A DNA stretch of 64,000 nucleotides from Phaeosaccion multiseriatum (lineage: Eukaryota > Protista > Ochrophyta, other classes). This document shows positions 23,590-35,257 of this stretch, piece by piece. How positions within the stretch are numbered: position 1 is the first letter of the stretch; each line of letters opens with the position of its first letter. The DNA lies in the NCBI GenBank assembly GCA_965112735.1, contig OZ218963.1:2790001-2854000 (forward strand), in the 5' to 3' direction. Under the pieces are notes generated by a model. It saw nothing but the letters and a program-made list of their open reading frames with translations, did no database searches and had not been told where the DNA came from. A program made the position numbers and the translations under genes.

Positions 23590-26196
23590 TCAGACGTAGG
23601 CGCTCTCTTCGTCGTCGTAGAATGTCTCGTCGTCGCCGCCCTCATCGCCATACTTCTCAGTAACAACAGCCGCAGCGACGTGGTATAATTCTTCGAAGCG
23701 GACGTCTGGCGGCTCCTTGCCCGGGGGAAACACACCCTCATCCAGAAGGGCAGTCGCAGCGCCGTCATCGCAGCGGTCGTCATCATGTGGGTCCTGCACG
23801 GGGGCGTGGATTGGGTGCACGTACTTCTCGCCCGCCACGGCGGCAAACAAATCCGGATCGGTGAAATCCCCATTCTCCATGAAAACCGGATGCGTGGCGA
23901 AATCTGCTCCCAGGGGAAGCGACAGGAACCGGCGGTAGTTCACATTGGGCACGAACATGCCAAGCGCCATTTGAGCGAGCGGCATCAGTCGGCGGCGGCG
24001 AGTGGGCTCGAAGAGAGCGCGGCGCAGAAAGGTTCGGGCCCGTCGGCGACTCGGATATGCCGAGCAACTGCGACCCCATAAGGCTCTGAGAGCGACCCAG
24101 GGGGCGCGGCGGAGATTGCCCAGCCAGCACATGTAGCCAACGTGCCGTGTGGTGCACTCTTTTTCTTGCGCTGCCAAGTGGAAGCTCGCCTTCCGAGCCT
24201 CCTCGAGCTTTCGCTGCCGCCACGCCGCCCAATCGAACACATACCCACTTTCCTCCATCATCCAGTCGTCCGGGTCTCTGTCGGCCTCGCTCGGCTCGTA
24301 GTCCTCCAGCTTGACCTCTTCCCCTCCCTGCAGCTCTCCCTCCCAGTACAAGGGGCCGTCGCCCCCAAGCACCTCCTTGGGCCAGTACCCCGCGCCCCAG
24401 TCCAGCGCATGCTGCATATCCGACGGCGCACGAGCCCGACCGAGAAGGTTCTGAAACCGAAGCCATCCCCTGACGAAAACCTGCTCCCTTACGGGCAGTT
24501 TGCGAATTCTGCCTCCGTACATGCTTTCACAGGCCCCCAGGGTAGCCAAAATCGCATCCCAAACTAGAGCTCGATACTTTTCTTCGAGCGAGTCGTGCAG
24601 CCCCCGACCGCTGAGGGCCATGAAGCTCACGCTGGTGTCTGTGTACCTCCACACGGCGCGCCACGCCCGCACCGCAGCCTTCATGGGGCCTGTACGCAGC
24701 TCCGCCCCAGTCGCGTCACCACTCCCTTCAATGACGTTAATTGCTTCGGAAGGCATGACGTCGTTCCAGGCCAGCAGCGGCACAACGGTCAAAGCCTGAC
24801 TGACTGCAGCCCACCACCCCGTGGCGGTGTCTCCGGTCATGTGCCTGCCCCATTCACTGCCCTGGCCGCAACTCAGCCGACCGCTCCTCCACATCCAGTC
24901 CACCCACACGCCGAGGATCCAAAGGGGGTGCTTCAGCGAGGCCGTGTCGGTCGGGAAGGCCCGGTACCGATTGCTCACGCCGTATGAGACAAAATACCTC
25001 ACGATGGCGAGCTGATCCTTAATGTTCCTCGCGTAACATTTCCTCGATTGCTCCAGATCCGACAGGCCGGCCCAGTACTCCCCCAGGGGCGTGTCCTCCA
25101 AAGCAGCGCCCCCCCCTGCCTCGTAGCAAGGAGCTCGTCCCGGATTTCTGCCGGATACAAGGGCGAGTGGAAGAAGCCTTCAGTCAGTGTGATTTCACGT
25201 GGCAGGAACTGCAGTGGAATGGTGATGACCGAGAGGGGAATGATATGACAATTCAGATGCCCCTGATCCGTTTAAATGTTCTCTGCCCTTCCTCACTGTC
25301 TAAAAAGAACACTGCCGAGAGTGGACAGCACGTAGACTGGAGGTTCGCTCATGTGTCAATGCGCACCTCTCTCGCCAGAAGATCTCTCGGCTCTCGTAGA
25401 GCGGCGGCTTCCCCCAGCAGAAGTTGCTGGCCTGGTCGGGCTTGGCGTAGTCGTACGTGTGGTACCAGCCGCCCCCATGCGGGTCGTACGGCACACCGTC
25501 TCTGTAAAAGTCGCTCGCCACAGAAAAGTCTGTGGTCTCTGTGCTTGTCCCTTCATGTTGATGGAGCTTGATCGTTTCCTCGCCAGTATCGTCGTCGTTC
25601 TCGTACGCGGCATCATCACCATCGCCTTCCACGAAGTCGTACTCCCCCACTAAATCGTTGAGGAGGTCCCCACATTGCTCCAGCACAGCCGGGCTACGAA
25701 GCCACCGCCCCACCACCTTGATGTCATTCACAGTGACCTCACCATCATCTCCATCACTACTGCCCTCCGCTAGGATCTTGATGGCTTCTGGGGGGGGTAC
25801 AGACTCAGCACCAGCAGCAGCAGCGTCGAGGGTGGTCCTCCCCCCCCTGCCGTATGCCATGCGCTTCGAAGAGCCACTCACTCCAACTAGAGCACCGCAG
25901 TTGATGCTACTCTGCTCTTCTGGAAGTCCTTCTCTCCCTCCAGCTGCGCCGAGAAATGAGCAACTGCAAGGAGAAGACGAGACATGCCGGCGAGACTCTC
26001 TCGATGGGCCCGATTCGCCGCCCCTGGAGGATACCACTACCCACTGAGCTCTGCAACGAGGAGACGGCTTGCGCTCCAGCAACCTTGCTGATCTATCCTT
26101 CAGGCTAGCAACATTAGCGTGGCTGAAGCGGAGAGCCACTGTATCGAGGACGCTGGAAGCGAAGCCGCACAGCAGGAGTAGCCGCTGCTGCTTCAT
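23590..26196 (-). CDS. Leg1-family-like protein with N-terminal signal/transit-like leader, 2 exons (26196-25367, 25147-23590)
   Basis: Phase-2 GT-AG intron joins the two long ORFs in frame. HPLWILGVWVDWMWRSGRL, WWAAVSQALTVVPLLA, VWDA and EQVFVRGWLRFQNLLG resemble Leg1 blocks in order. Confidence 0.68.
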
Positions 26197-26299
26197 TTTC
26201 TCTCTCCCTCTCTTCGTGCACCATAAAGGCTCTATGGTTTAGTTTCAGTTTCAGTTTCAGTTCCTTACCTTGCGCTCGTTGGTGATTCAAAGGTATTCG

Positions 26300-26642
26300 A
26301 CCGCCAACACCTACGACCCAGAGCGAGTTCGCCTCACGACCTTCGCCATCGAGACGCACGGACGACTCGGCTCACAGGCGCAGTCCCTCTTACACGCCCT
26401 CGCGGAACACGTCGTCTCTCGCACCGGCCGCACCGGCTCCTCTACCACCAAGGGCCACGTCCTGACCCGACTCCGCCGGATCGTCAGCTGCAGCCACCAG
26501 ATGTGTGGCTCTGGCTCTCGGAGCGTGAACGCGCTTTCCTGGGCCGGCTCAACCGCGGAGCAGGTCCTGCCCTCCCTCTCCCTGACCCAGAGGGAGAGTA
26601 ACAGCCCCCCCCCCGCTGGCCCCAGGCACACACACACACACT
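26300..26642 (+). mobile_element. 3' fragment of an RLE-type (CRE-like) non-LTR retrotransposon ending in (CA)n
   Basis: ANTYD...TFAIETHGRLGSQAQSLLHALA...RRIVSCSHQ is typical of the C-terminal half of a restriction-like endonuclease. Confidence 0.75.
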
Positions 26643-26714
26643 TGCGGACACTTCCAGTTTCAGTTTATAAGGTGATTCCTATTAAGTCAATGTATTTCCC
26701 CTCCTTTACCGAGC

Positions 26715-26849
26715 ATATATGATTGACTTCTCCCTGATCAACAACGCTTCCAGGACGGCCTTGAATGTGCTTCACACGGACACCAGATCGGGCGCGGCAG
26801 CAGACCACCGCGAGACCTGCAAGGAGCGGCACTACGCCAACACCTACGA
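26715..26849 (+). mobile_element. Second fragment of the same retrotransposon (N-terminal half of the RLE), truncated by a MITE
   Basis: IDFSL...GAAADHRETCKERHYANTYD (D...E..K...Y motif); shares GCCAACACCTACGA with 26303-26316. Confidence 0.7.
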
Positions 26850-26927
26850 TCGGCCCCTGACATGCTTCTGGCCGGCGCCAGCCGGCCTGCTTCCTGCTTC
26901 TGTCTCTCGAAGCATGTCAGGGGCCGA
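26850..26927. mobile_element. 78-bp miniature copy of the GGCCCCTGAC MITE family
   Basis: TCGGCCCCTGACATGCTTC...GAAGCATGTCAGGGGCCGA perfect TIR; internal GGCCGGCGCCAGCCGGC shared with the 8668 copy; a further lone right end at ~27208-27218. Confidence 0.85.
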
Positions 26928-27273
26928 CTCCAGCGATCCCTCTTGCGCGGGAGATTCGGGGGATAGGACACTTGCGGGCATCAACTACGTTCGACCGACT
27001 GCGTACCTTTTTTTTTTTATGGGGATTCCGGATTCTGATGGCCTCTGCATCGATCTGCAGGGCACATTCTAGATTCTAGGCGGTGCGCCTTACAAATAAG
27101 GCAATGAATGACGTCATAGTGCATAATAGGGAAACGGGATTTGGGATTTATCTGGTGGCCTCTGCAGGGCGGATTCCGGATTCTGTGCACCGCTCCTCAG
27201 AATCCCGTCAGGGGCCGAATGTAACGAAACTACGTTACGTGACTCATTTGAAGGCTACAAACACTAATACTTT

Positions 27274-30200
27274 TCATCTTTTCTGCTGCTTCTTCCTGGC
27301 TTGCAGCTGCCTGTCCTTGACAGTCAGTGCGGTCTTCCTGAGCCTGACCTTGTTCGGCGTGACCTCGAGCATCTCGTCGTCGCCCATGTACGAGATGAGG
27401 TCCTCCACGGTCATGCGCACGGGAGGGCTGACGCGGATAGCCTCGTCCGCCAAGACGCTGCGCACGTTGGTCAGCTTCTTCTCCTTGCACGGGTTGACCT
27501 GCGGGCAGAAAGCACGCGCCCAAAGAGATGCATAAGTTGGAACCCACCCACCCACCCACACATACACACACGAAGCACTCGGCTGAGTGTGTACTCACCT
27601 CCATATCGCCCTGTTTGCTATTCTCCCCAATGACGTGTCCGTTGTACGTCTCATCCCCCGGCTCCACAAAGAGCTTGCCCCTTTCCTGCACAGTATTGAG
27701 CGCGTACGCCGTCATTCTCCCCCCCTCCATGGACACAATCTTGCCCGGACTCAGCGAGTTTAGCCCCGGCGTGAGGCGGGCGTGGTGGCTGTAAATGCTG
27801 TTAATCACTGCGCTTCCGTGCGTCTCGGACTTGATCTCCGGCCCGAACCCAAGCAAACCGCGGGTGGCCACGGAGAAGAGCAGCCTCGACTTGCCCCCTC
27901 CTGTGTCCTTCATATCCAGCATGTTTCCTTTGCGGGCGCTGGTGAGCTTGTCAATCACCTGGTACGTCAGTTGGTATATCAGTAGGAGTACGTACGCACA
28001 CGAACTGGGGGCGTTAAGATGAAAGAAAAACAAAAACAACGCCAAGCGACATGTGGCACCTCAGGACCTCCACACCACAGCCAATATCGCTGCACTCACC
28101 ATGCCGCAATACTCGGAGTCGATGTCGATGGTCACTTCTTCCACCGGCTCTGTTGTATTTCCTTCCTCGTCCTTGCTCATGAGGATTCGCGGAGGACTGA
28201 CACTGAGCTCAAAGCCTTCTCTCCTCATCTCCTCGATGAGCACCCCCAGCTGCAGCTCCCCCCTGCCGCTCACGTCCATCCTCTCAGAGTCGGTGGGGCA
28301 CGTCTCTACTCGCAGCGTCACATTGTTTCGCGTCTCGTTGATAAGCCGTGACTACACAAGAGTGGAAGAGGGATGCAAGGGTCTGTCACTTTAGTTGGTG
28401 GTTTCCACTTTACGATCATGGACTCTGCAAAGACATTCAAAGCTCCTTAAAAAACACCCCGCTCCTCCTCCTCCTCCTCCCACGACGAACAACAGTATTA
28501 ACGATCTCCTTCTTCCTCCATCTGAAGAGTCGAGAAATACACGCACGCACCTTTATCGCCTGAGATGTAATCTTGGTGCCCTCCTTCCCCAACAGAGGGC
28601 TCGAGTTAGGACCAAACGTCATGCACAGCGTGGGCTGAGCGAGCGGGTGTGTGGGCAGCGGCTCTGCCACAGGATTCATGGCGCATGTGATGGTGTCGCC
28701 CACACCCGCCTCGACCCCGCTCAGCGTCACAATGTCTCCCGCACCCGCGATGGAGGTGAAGGGCACCCGCTCCATCGCCTTGGACACAAAGATGCCGGAC
28801 ACCAGGCCTCTGCTGGAGCTGCCGCTGTTGCCACTGAGAGCGACGGTCTCACCATCTCGGGTCATCACTTTCGCCGCACGACCAATCTCCTGCTCGGGTC
28901 AGATGGGGAGGGCACATGGCAGAGGAGGTGGGAGATGTCATCTCGCCGACGAGGGCTCTGAGGAGGGCTGCTGGCAAAGGAGAAAAGATCCAAGGCAGTA
29001 GAAGTTCGCTACAGAAAGGGGGTGAGTCAGTGAGTGAGGGAATGAATGAATTGATGGGAACACAGGTGTGCAAATGGTGATTGCAACGGGGCCTCTGCTA
29101 CATGACGAGCAGAGGCATCGCCCACAATTCCCGCTCTTACAATCTGGCCACTCTCGATCTTTCCGGTGGCGAGCGGCCCCAAGAAGTTGTCGTATCCAAT
29201 GTTGTTGACGGCCATGGCCAAGGTCGCGTCCACTGCGGCGTCCTCGCAAGGAGGCGGAATGTGCTTCAAAATGGTCTCGAAAACGCTGGACATTTGCACC
29301 TCGGCGGGGGGGGTCTTGGCCCATGCCATGGCCTGATATCGGAACGGTGGTCGGAAGGAGGAGGCATGTCAAGGGGAGCATAGTCACACCCTCATCGGAA
29401 TGTGAAAGCGATACATCTTCAACCCCCTTCCCCTGGTACACGCTATTGACTGACCTGGTCCAGATCTGGAGTCGCCCAGCCCATCTTGGCCGACGCGAAG
29501 AGGGTGGGGTAGTCAAGCTGTTCATTGTCCGCCCCCAGAGCCGCAAACATCTCAAAAATATCTGGTGGGGTACGCCCGTGCGTACGTGCACGTACACGAG
29601 ATCAGAAAAGGGCGTTGGCGTGAGGAGGAGGGGTTAAATGTCTTCGAAAGGGGGAAGCGAAGCGTGTCTCTCTGCCTGCCCATGTCCCCTCCTCTTCCGT
29701 ACCGTTTTCGACCTCTCCGTCTAACCGTGCGGAGTCCCTGTCCGCCTTGTTGATCACCACAACGAGCTTCTTGCCTGGCGAGGGGGTGGACATGTGGGTG
29801 GGGCATGTCAGCATGAATCTCCCCCTCCTTCCGCTTCCGCTTCGCTAGTCCTGCAAAACTCGTTTGAGGGTTGAATGAGCTCTTTTGAAAGTGGAGAGGC
29901 CCTTCTCAGACTTACCTGCGGCGAGCGCTTTGCTGAGCACGAACTTTGTTTGGCTGAGCGGCCCCTCCGTAGCGTCAACCACCAGCACCACCCCGTCAAT
30001 CATAGACACCACGCGCTCGACCTTCCAGGAGTTGTGTGTCGCACAGAGGGAAGACGAAGAGGCCCGTGAATAGGATGGGACAGCTTTGAAGAACGTCATG
30101 CGTCTACTCGAGAACACACACCCTTCACTCGGGCCGTCTAACATCCCCTGCCGACGAGGATTCACTTTCAGCAGAAACGTGACAACGAGACGATACGCAT

Positions 30201-30955
30201 ACCTAACCTGCCCCCCCCTCACCCTTCTCCATCCTTCATTTCCCCCCGCGTTGCTTCCCTTCTTGCCCCTCCCCCCGCCCGTCTCACCTCCCCTCCAAAG
30301 TCTGCGTGCCCCGGAGTGTCCACGATGTTAAACACGTGGTCCATGGCCTCGAGCCGGGTGCACTTGCTCATGATGGTGATGCCGCGCTCCTTCTCCAGCG
30401 ACATGCTGTCCATCACACGCTCCACAGACGACCCTCCTCCTTCGCTCGACTGGGAAAGGGGCAGAGCGGGCCGATGACCGTACGGCAAGATGCACCGCGA
30501 GAAACGGATTGCGTTCGTTAATATTCCTCTTACTCCATTCGGAGAGTCCGAGCGACAAGAGGCAAGCGTATTCTGCCTCCTCACCTCGGGCGAAAATGCC
30601 TGAAGTATTTGCATTCACTTTCTCTCTCTTTCTCTCTCACCGTCAGCAACTTGTCCACCAAAGTCGTTTTGCCATGGTCTACATGGGCAACGATGGCAGC
30701 ATTCCGAATCAAGCTCGGTCTCCATACAGCACCCCCTGTTTTCCCCCAGAGCTGCTGCTGCTCTCCCGCGCCCTCCTCCTCCGGCGCAGCAGAGAACGCC
30801 CTACTTTGCCGTCGACGTGAGCCGACAACAGCCGCAGCCCCGCCCCTTCCCACCTCCACCAAACGTCGGCAACCACAGCCCCCTCTCGTGAGAGAAGCAC
30901 TAGTAGCAGTAGCACTGGAGCCGCTGTGCAGCAGCCTCCACGACGTCCTGAGCAT
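27274..30955 (-). CDS. typA: TypA/BipA translational GTPase with organellar (mitochondrial-like) presequence, multi-exon
   Basis: [76 protein letters not shown]; Arg/Ser-rich N-terminus. Confidence 0.95.
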
Positions 30956-31084
30956 GCCTTCTTTCTCCCTTTTTTTGGGATTGTAAGGATGCGAGCGGGG
31001 TGAGAAAAAAAAGGCAGCAAATCCACGGCGCGTAAGTCAAGGAGGCTTATGGGGCAGCTCTCCCCCTGTAATGGAAAGAAAAAA

Positions 31085-31280
31085 ATGATAGTGATGGACT
31101 GCTACGGCTGTGCATGCTACGACTCCACGGACGACGGAAAGGTGATGCTGTGGTGGTCGGAAAGTGCCTCATGGTCGAAGGGTCCCTTTTCTCCTCCCCC
31201 TCCCTCCTCCTTATAGTCTCTCTCTCTCTCTTTGTGTGTGTGCGTCTCTCTGTGTGTGTGTCTCACTCTATTTCTGTCTC

Positions 31281-31320
<40 letters not shown>

Positions 31321-34300
31321 TCTCTCTCTCCATTCTCTCTCTTTCCCTCTCTCTCGCAGCATGGTCCCATGGGCTGGGACTATAGCAAGTGGTACTATTG
31401 CACTTTGTCAGGCTGGAGCGTCGTGAGCTTCTGCCTACTCATCTTCTGGCTGGGGACCCTCTTATACACATGTACGTGAGTCTGTCTAAGAGTTCCGAGT
31501 TCCATCTGGCCCGTTGTAGTTGAGCCGCAGCACCAGCAGGAGAGTAACAGTACTGCCGTTGGTGTGAAGGTGTTCGAACCTGCGCTGCACACGGACGTGA
31601 GTAGAACTCTTTGCTTCTTATAGTCCCCATCTCACCATTGCCCCTTCTCCGCCTCCGCTCTTTACCCCGTTCTTCGCGTCAGTGTGTCATACGGCAGACA
31701 ATTACTTCTCTCCATGTCTGGCTGAGTTTTGCGATAAGGTGCGAAGCTGTAGAGAAGATGAGTTTGAGCTAGCTACCATGGCTCCCCAGTGGACGGCATG
31801 GAGAGGGGCGACACTGGAGTGGCCTCGCTCCCCACCCTTCTGTACCGTGCTCTGAACAGGAAGCCACACGCACCTGCTCCCTCGCCCCCTACCCCCGCGT
31901 GCTTTGCATGGCTGCTCCGTGTCTGTCCCTCGCCCCTTGCCGCCCACAGCTGAACATGTCCCCCGACGTGGCAGGTGTGACCGTTCTCGCTCTGGGCAAC
32001 GGCGCGCCTGACGTGTTCTCCTCCACAGCTGCGCTGTCGGGCGGCAGCGGCCAAGCCAACGTTCTGGTGGGCGTGGGGGGGCTTCTAGGTGAGGGACTGG
32101 AGGGGGGAGGAGTTCGCTGTAGCCGCGAAGAGAGAGAAAGTCTTGACGGGCCATCAATCGAAGCCAAGACGTAGCCCGCGTTGCTCAGGGGACCTTTCGT
32201 CGCCGTTCACTGACTCGTGGGGCCTAAGGAGATTGCGACCCCCCTCCCCCTCCTCCTCCTCTTCTGCGTTAGCATCTCTCTTGTCCACCCTTTCCGCGTG
32301 CAGCGCGCCCCTCTCCCCCCCCCCTGTCATCCTCTCTCCATTGATGCCTCTACTCTCCTCCTTTCTCGCGTCCCGCTTGCCTCCCCTCTCCAAGGAGGGT
32401 GCGCGTTCATCACTACAGTGGTGGTGGGCGGCATACTCCGCTACTCCTCCTCCTCCTCCTCCTCCTCCTCCTCCAAGACGTCGGTGCCTCCCCTGGCCTT
32501 TTGCAGAGACCTCACCTTCTTCCTCGTGGGCGTCGGTCTCGTCCTGTTCTACGCCGGACAACGACAGGCATGTGAAGAATGCAAAGCCGCTGCCCCGCCC
32601 TGGAATTTCTTCTCAGCAGCCTTGATGCCCCCCTCCACGTGCTTCTCCTAACTCACCACCTCGTCTCCTCCTCCTTGCTTGCGTTTTGGAACATGTCGCG
32701 GCACGCAGATCACGCTTTGGGCGGCCTTGTCTTTCTTGTTTCTATACGCCCTGTATGTTTATTTCGTGGTCCTGGTGGATCGGCACAGTCGACGGCGAGG
32801 GTTTGGGGGGCAGGGCGGGGGAGGAGACAGCGATACGCACCGCCGCCAGGAAGAGACTCCGGGGGCAGACTTGCTCGGTGGTGCTGCGGGGGGGCGTCGG
32901 AGCAGCTTCTGGCACATAGTATCGGCAGCTGGAGCACCAACAGCTGGAGCAGCCGGAGGAGGCGCTGCAGCTACTGAGGATATCATTGAGGCCGATCCTC
33001 CGGCCGGGCGATCTGGCGGAGAGGTGGCGCTGTCGCCCATCCCGTCGGATGGTGGGGGGAGAGAAAGGGGGGCGGAGGAGAGGAGTGAAGGAGCAAGTGG
33101 GGGACTCAATAACATGAGCAGCAGCACAGGAATCATCGGCGCTTTCGACCCGCACCAAGATGTTGCATCCGGAGAGGAGGCGCCCATATTTGACCACGCT
33201 ATGATGCGGGCCAATTACTTTGCGAAGCATGGTCATGGTGGAGCGGGCAAGGGGGGCTCAGGCGAGGAGTCGGCCCGCAGCCAGGGGGGAGAAGGGGTGC
33301 CATCAGACATCGTCTCAATGCTACCAGCTTCAGGTAAGCTGGTCATGTGACAATTTCAGAAGATGTGCTGTGTTTTGACATCGGGTAGAGCACGTGTGTC
33401 AAATCTGAATCACTCCTACTGCAACACCCTCCCCCTTCCTCTGGGCCTTTGTGCCAGTGGTGAGTCATTTCTCTGACGCTCAGGGCATGGTTCCGGACGG
33501 GCAGGAGGAGAGAGGAGAACTCAAGTCTCCCTTGGTAAGCGAAGGAGCGGGGGGTGATCTGGAACAGCCCCTCCTGGGCGTCGAGCGGCCGCTGCTGGGA
33601 GCAGGTGGGCTCAGATTGGCCTCACTCCAGCAGCAGCATGGCGTGGGTCAAGGGCAGCAGGGTGTTAGGCATGGGGCACGGGGGCCCTGTGTCGCTGCTT
33701 CTGCCCCGGGCTCGAGCTTGGGTGGCAAGAAAGTGTGGGTGAGCGTCTACTGGCGGCAGTGGCGGATGCGGCGGAGGCTCCACAGAAGGATTGTGGACAG
33801 TGACGTTTGGGGAAAGAGGTATGTGTGCACGTGCAGCGTAGGTGTGTTTATGGTGTGTATGTGGGAGGGGATGTCGAGCCCCGCATCTTCCCCTCCAGCA
33901 CCACTCTTCTGTGCCCTTACATGCGTGTGTCTGCACCCCTCCCGTCGCCCCCGACTTTCCCTCTCTCTACCCGCAGCGTCGGGGTGCGCTTCTTGTACCT
34001 TTTGGAGCTTCCCGTTGTCGTTCTGCGCAACCTCACCATCCCCTCTTCAGAGAGTGAGGGCTGGAGCCACGAAATGGTGTCCATCAGCATGGGACTCGCT
34101 CCGCTGTTTGTCGCCTGGGTCGTGGGCCTCACCTCCCCACAGCTCTGGGCTGTGCTCTTGTTTGGGTCCTTGGCGCTGGGGCTAGCGGTCAGTGTCGGCA
34201 CACGGCCGAGTCGCCCGCCCAGCAACCTTTACTTTGCCCTGAGCATTACGGCGGTTTCATTTCTCTCGTGCATCGCCTGGATATATCTCATCGCCGGGGA

Positions 34301-35069
34301 GGTGGTCGCCGTGCTGGTGAGTGAGTGCTCGTGGGAGACTAGAGAAGGGGAGAAAGGCGCGTTTAAGGAGGGACTGGGGAATAGCAAGAGAGCAGGTACT
34401 GGTGCGGCATGCAACGTGTATACTCAGCGGTGGCGTGGGCTCGAAAGTAGAGCACAGCCCATAGGTGATATCTCCTCTCTTCCTCACGGGTGGCCCCTGC
34501 CCCCCACCTTCGCTTGCAAATGAATGCACAGGAGACCATCGGTTCCATCACGGGCTTCCCCACGTCTGTGCTGGGCCTCACGGTGCTGGCATGGGGCAAC
34601 AGCTGCGGCGATTTGGTCACCAATCTGGTGAGTGGTATGGGGCAGTGGGGGCACCTCACCCTCGAGAGTCAAATCAATCGAAAGTGAAGCAGTCAGGTGG
34701 AGGGTTGCTCTGGTCTGGTTGGTACTAAAGCGTTTTGATATTTGTCCTTGGGTCTTGCCGCAGGCGGTGTCCAAAGCCGGGTATCCAGGCATGGCCATCG
34801 CAGGCTGCTACGGCGGGCCTCTGTTCAACCTACTCCTCGGGCTGGGCCTCCCCCTGACACTGGCGGCCATCCGGCAGGCACCCACGCCCCTGGACTTCTC
34901 GCTGGATGGGCCATCCATCCTCTCCATCGTGTACATACTTACCAACCTGTCGCTCACGCTGGGCACAATGATTTGGCAGGGCTTTGCTTTTCCCCGGTGG
35001 GCTCCGATGGCCTTGGGGGTGGGCTACAGCGTGTATGTAGTGCTCATGTTCTTGCTGCTGCTCTCTTAG
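31085..35069 (+). CDS. Cation/Ca2+ exchanger (CCX/NCLX family), multi-exon
   Basis: Alpha-1 repeat VAGVTVLALGNGAPDVFSS; alpha-2 repeat LGLTVLAWGNSCGDL; AIAGCYGGPLFNLLLGLG; TADNYFSP. Confidence 0.92.
31215..31355. repeat. (CT)n/(TG)n intronic microsatellite
   Basis: Dinucleotide arrays. Confidence 0.9.
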
Positions 35070-35257
35070 GAAGAGCGAGAGACAGAGAGCGTGTAGATAT
35101 GGCACTGCTGTGATGTTCCCCCAATAAGCGGGCGGGTGAATTTAATGACTTAATGGCACATGGGATGGTCGTCATCCGAGTCACAGATGGCACATGGGAT
35201 GGCAGTTTGTTTTTTTGTTTTATCACTCCGTTGGATTTCACAGCGCTTTGTACCACC

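Noticed and set aside
26844-26933. 6-bp TSD for the 78-bp MITE
   Set aside because: Flanks CTACGA and CTCCAG do not match, so the TSD claim rests on the 8668 copy only
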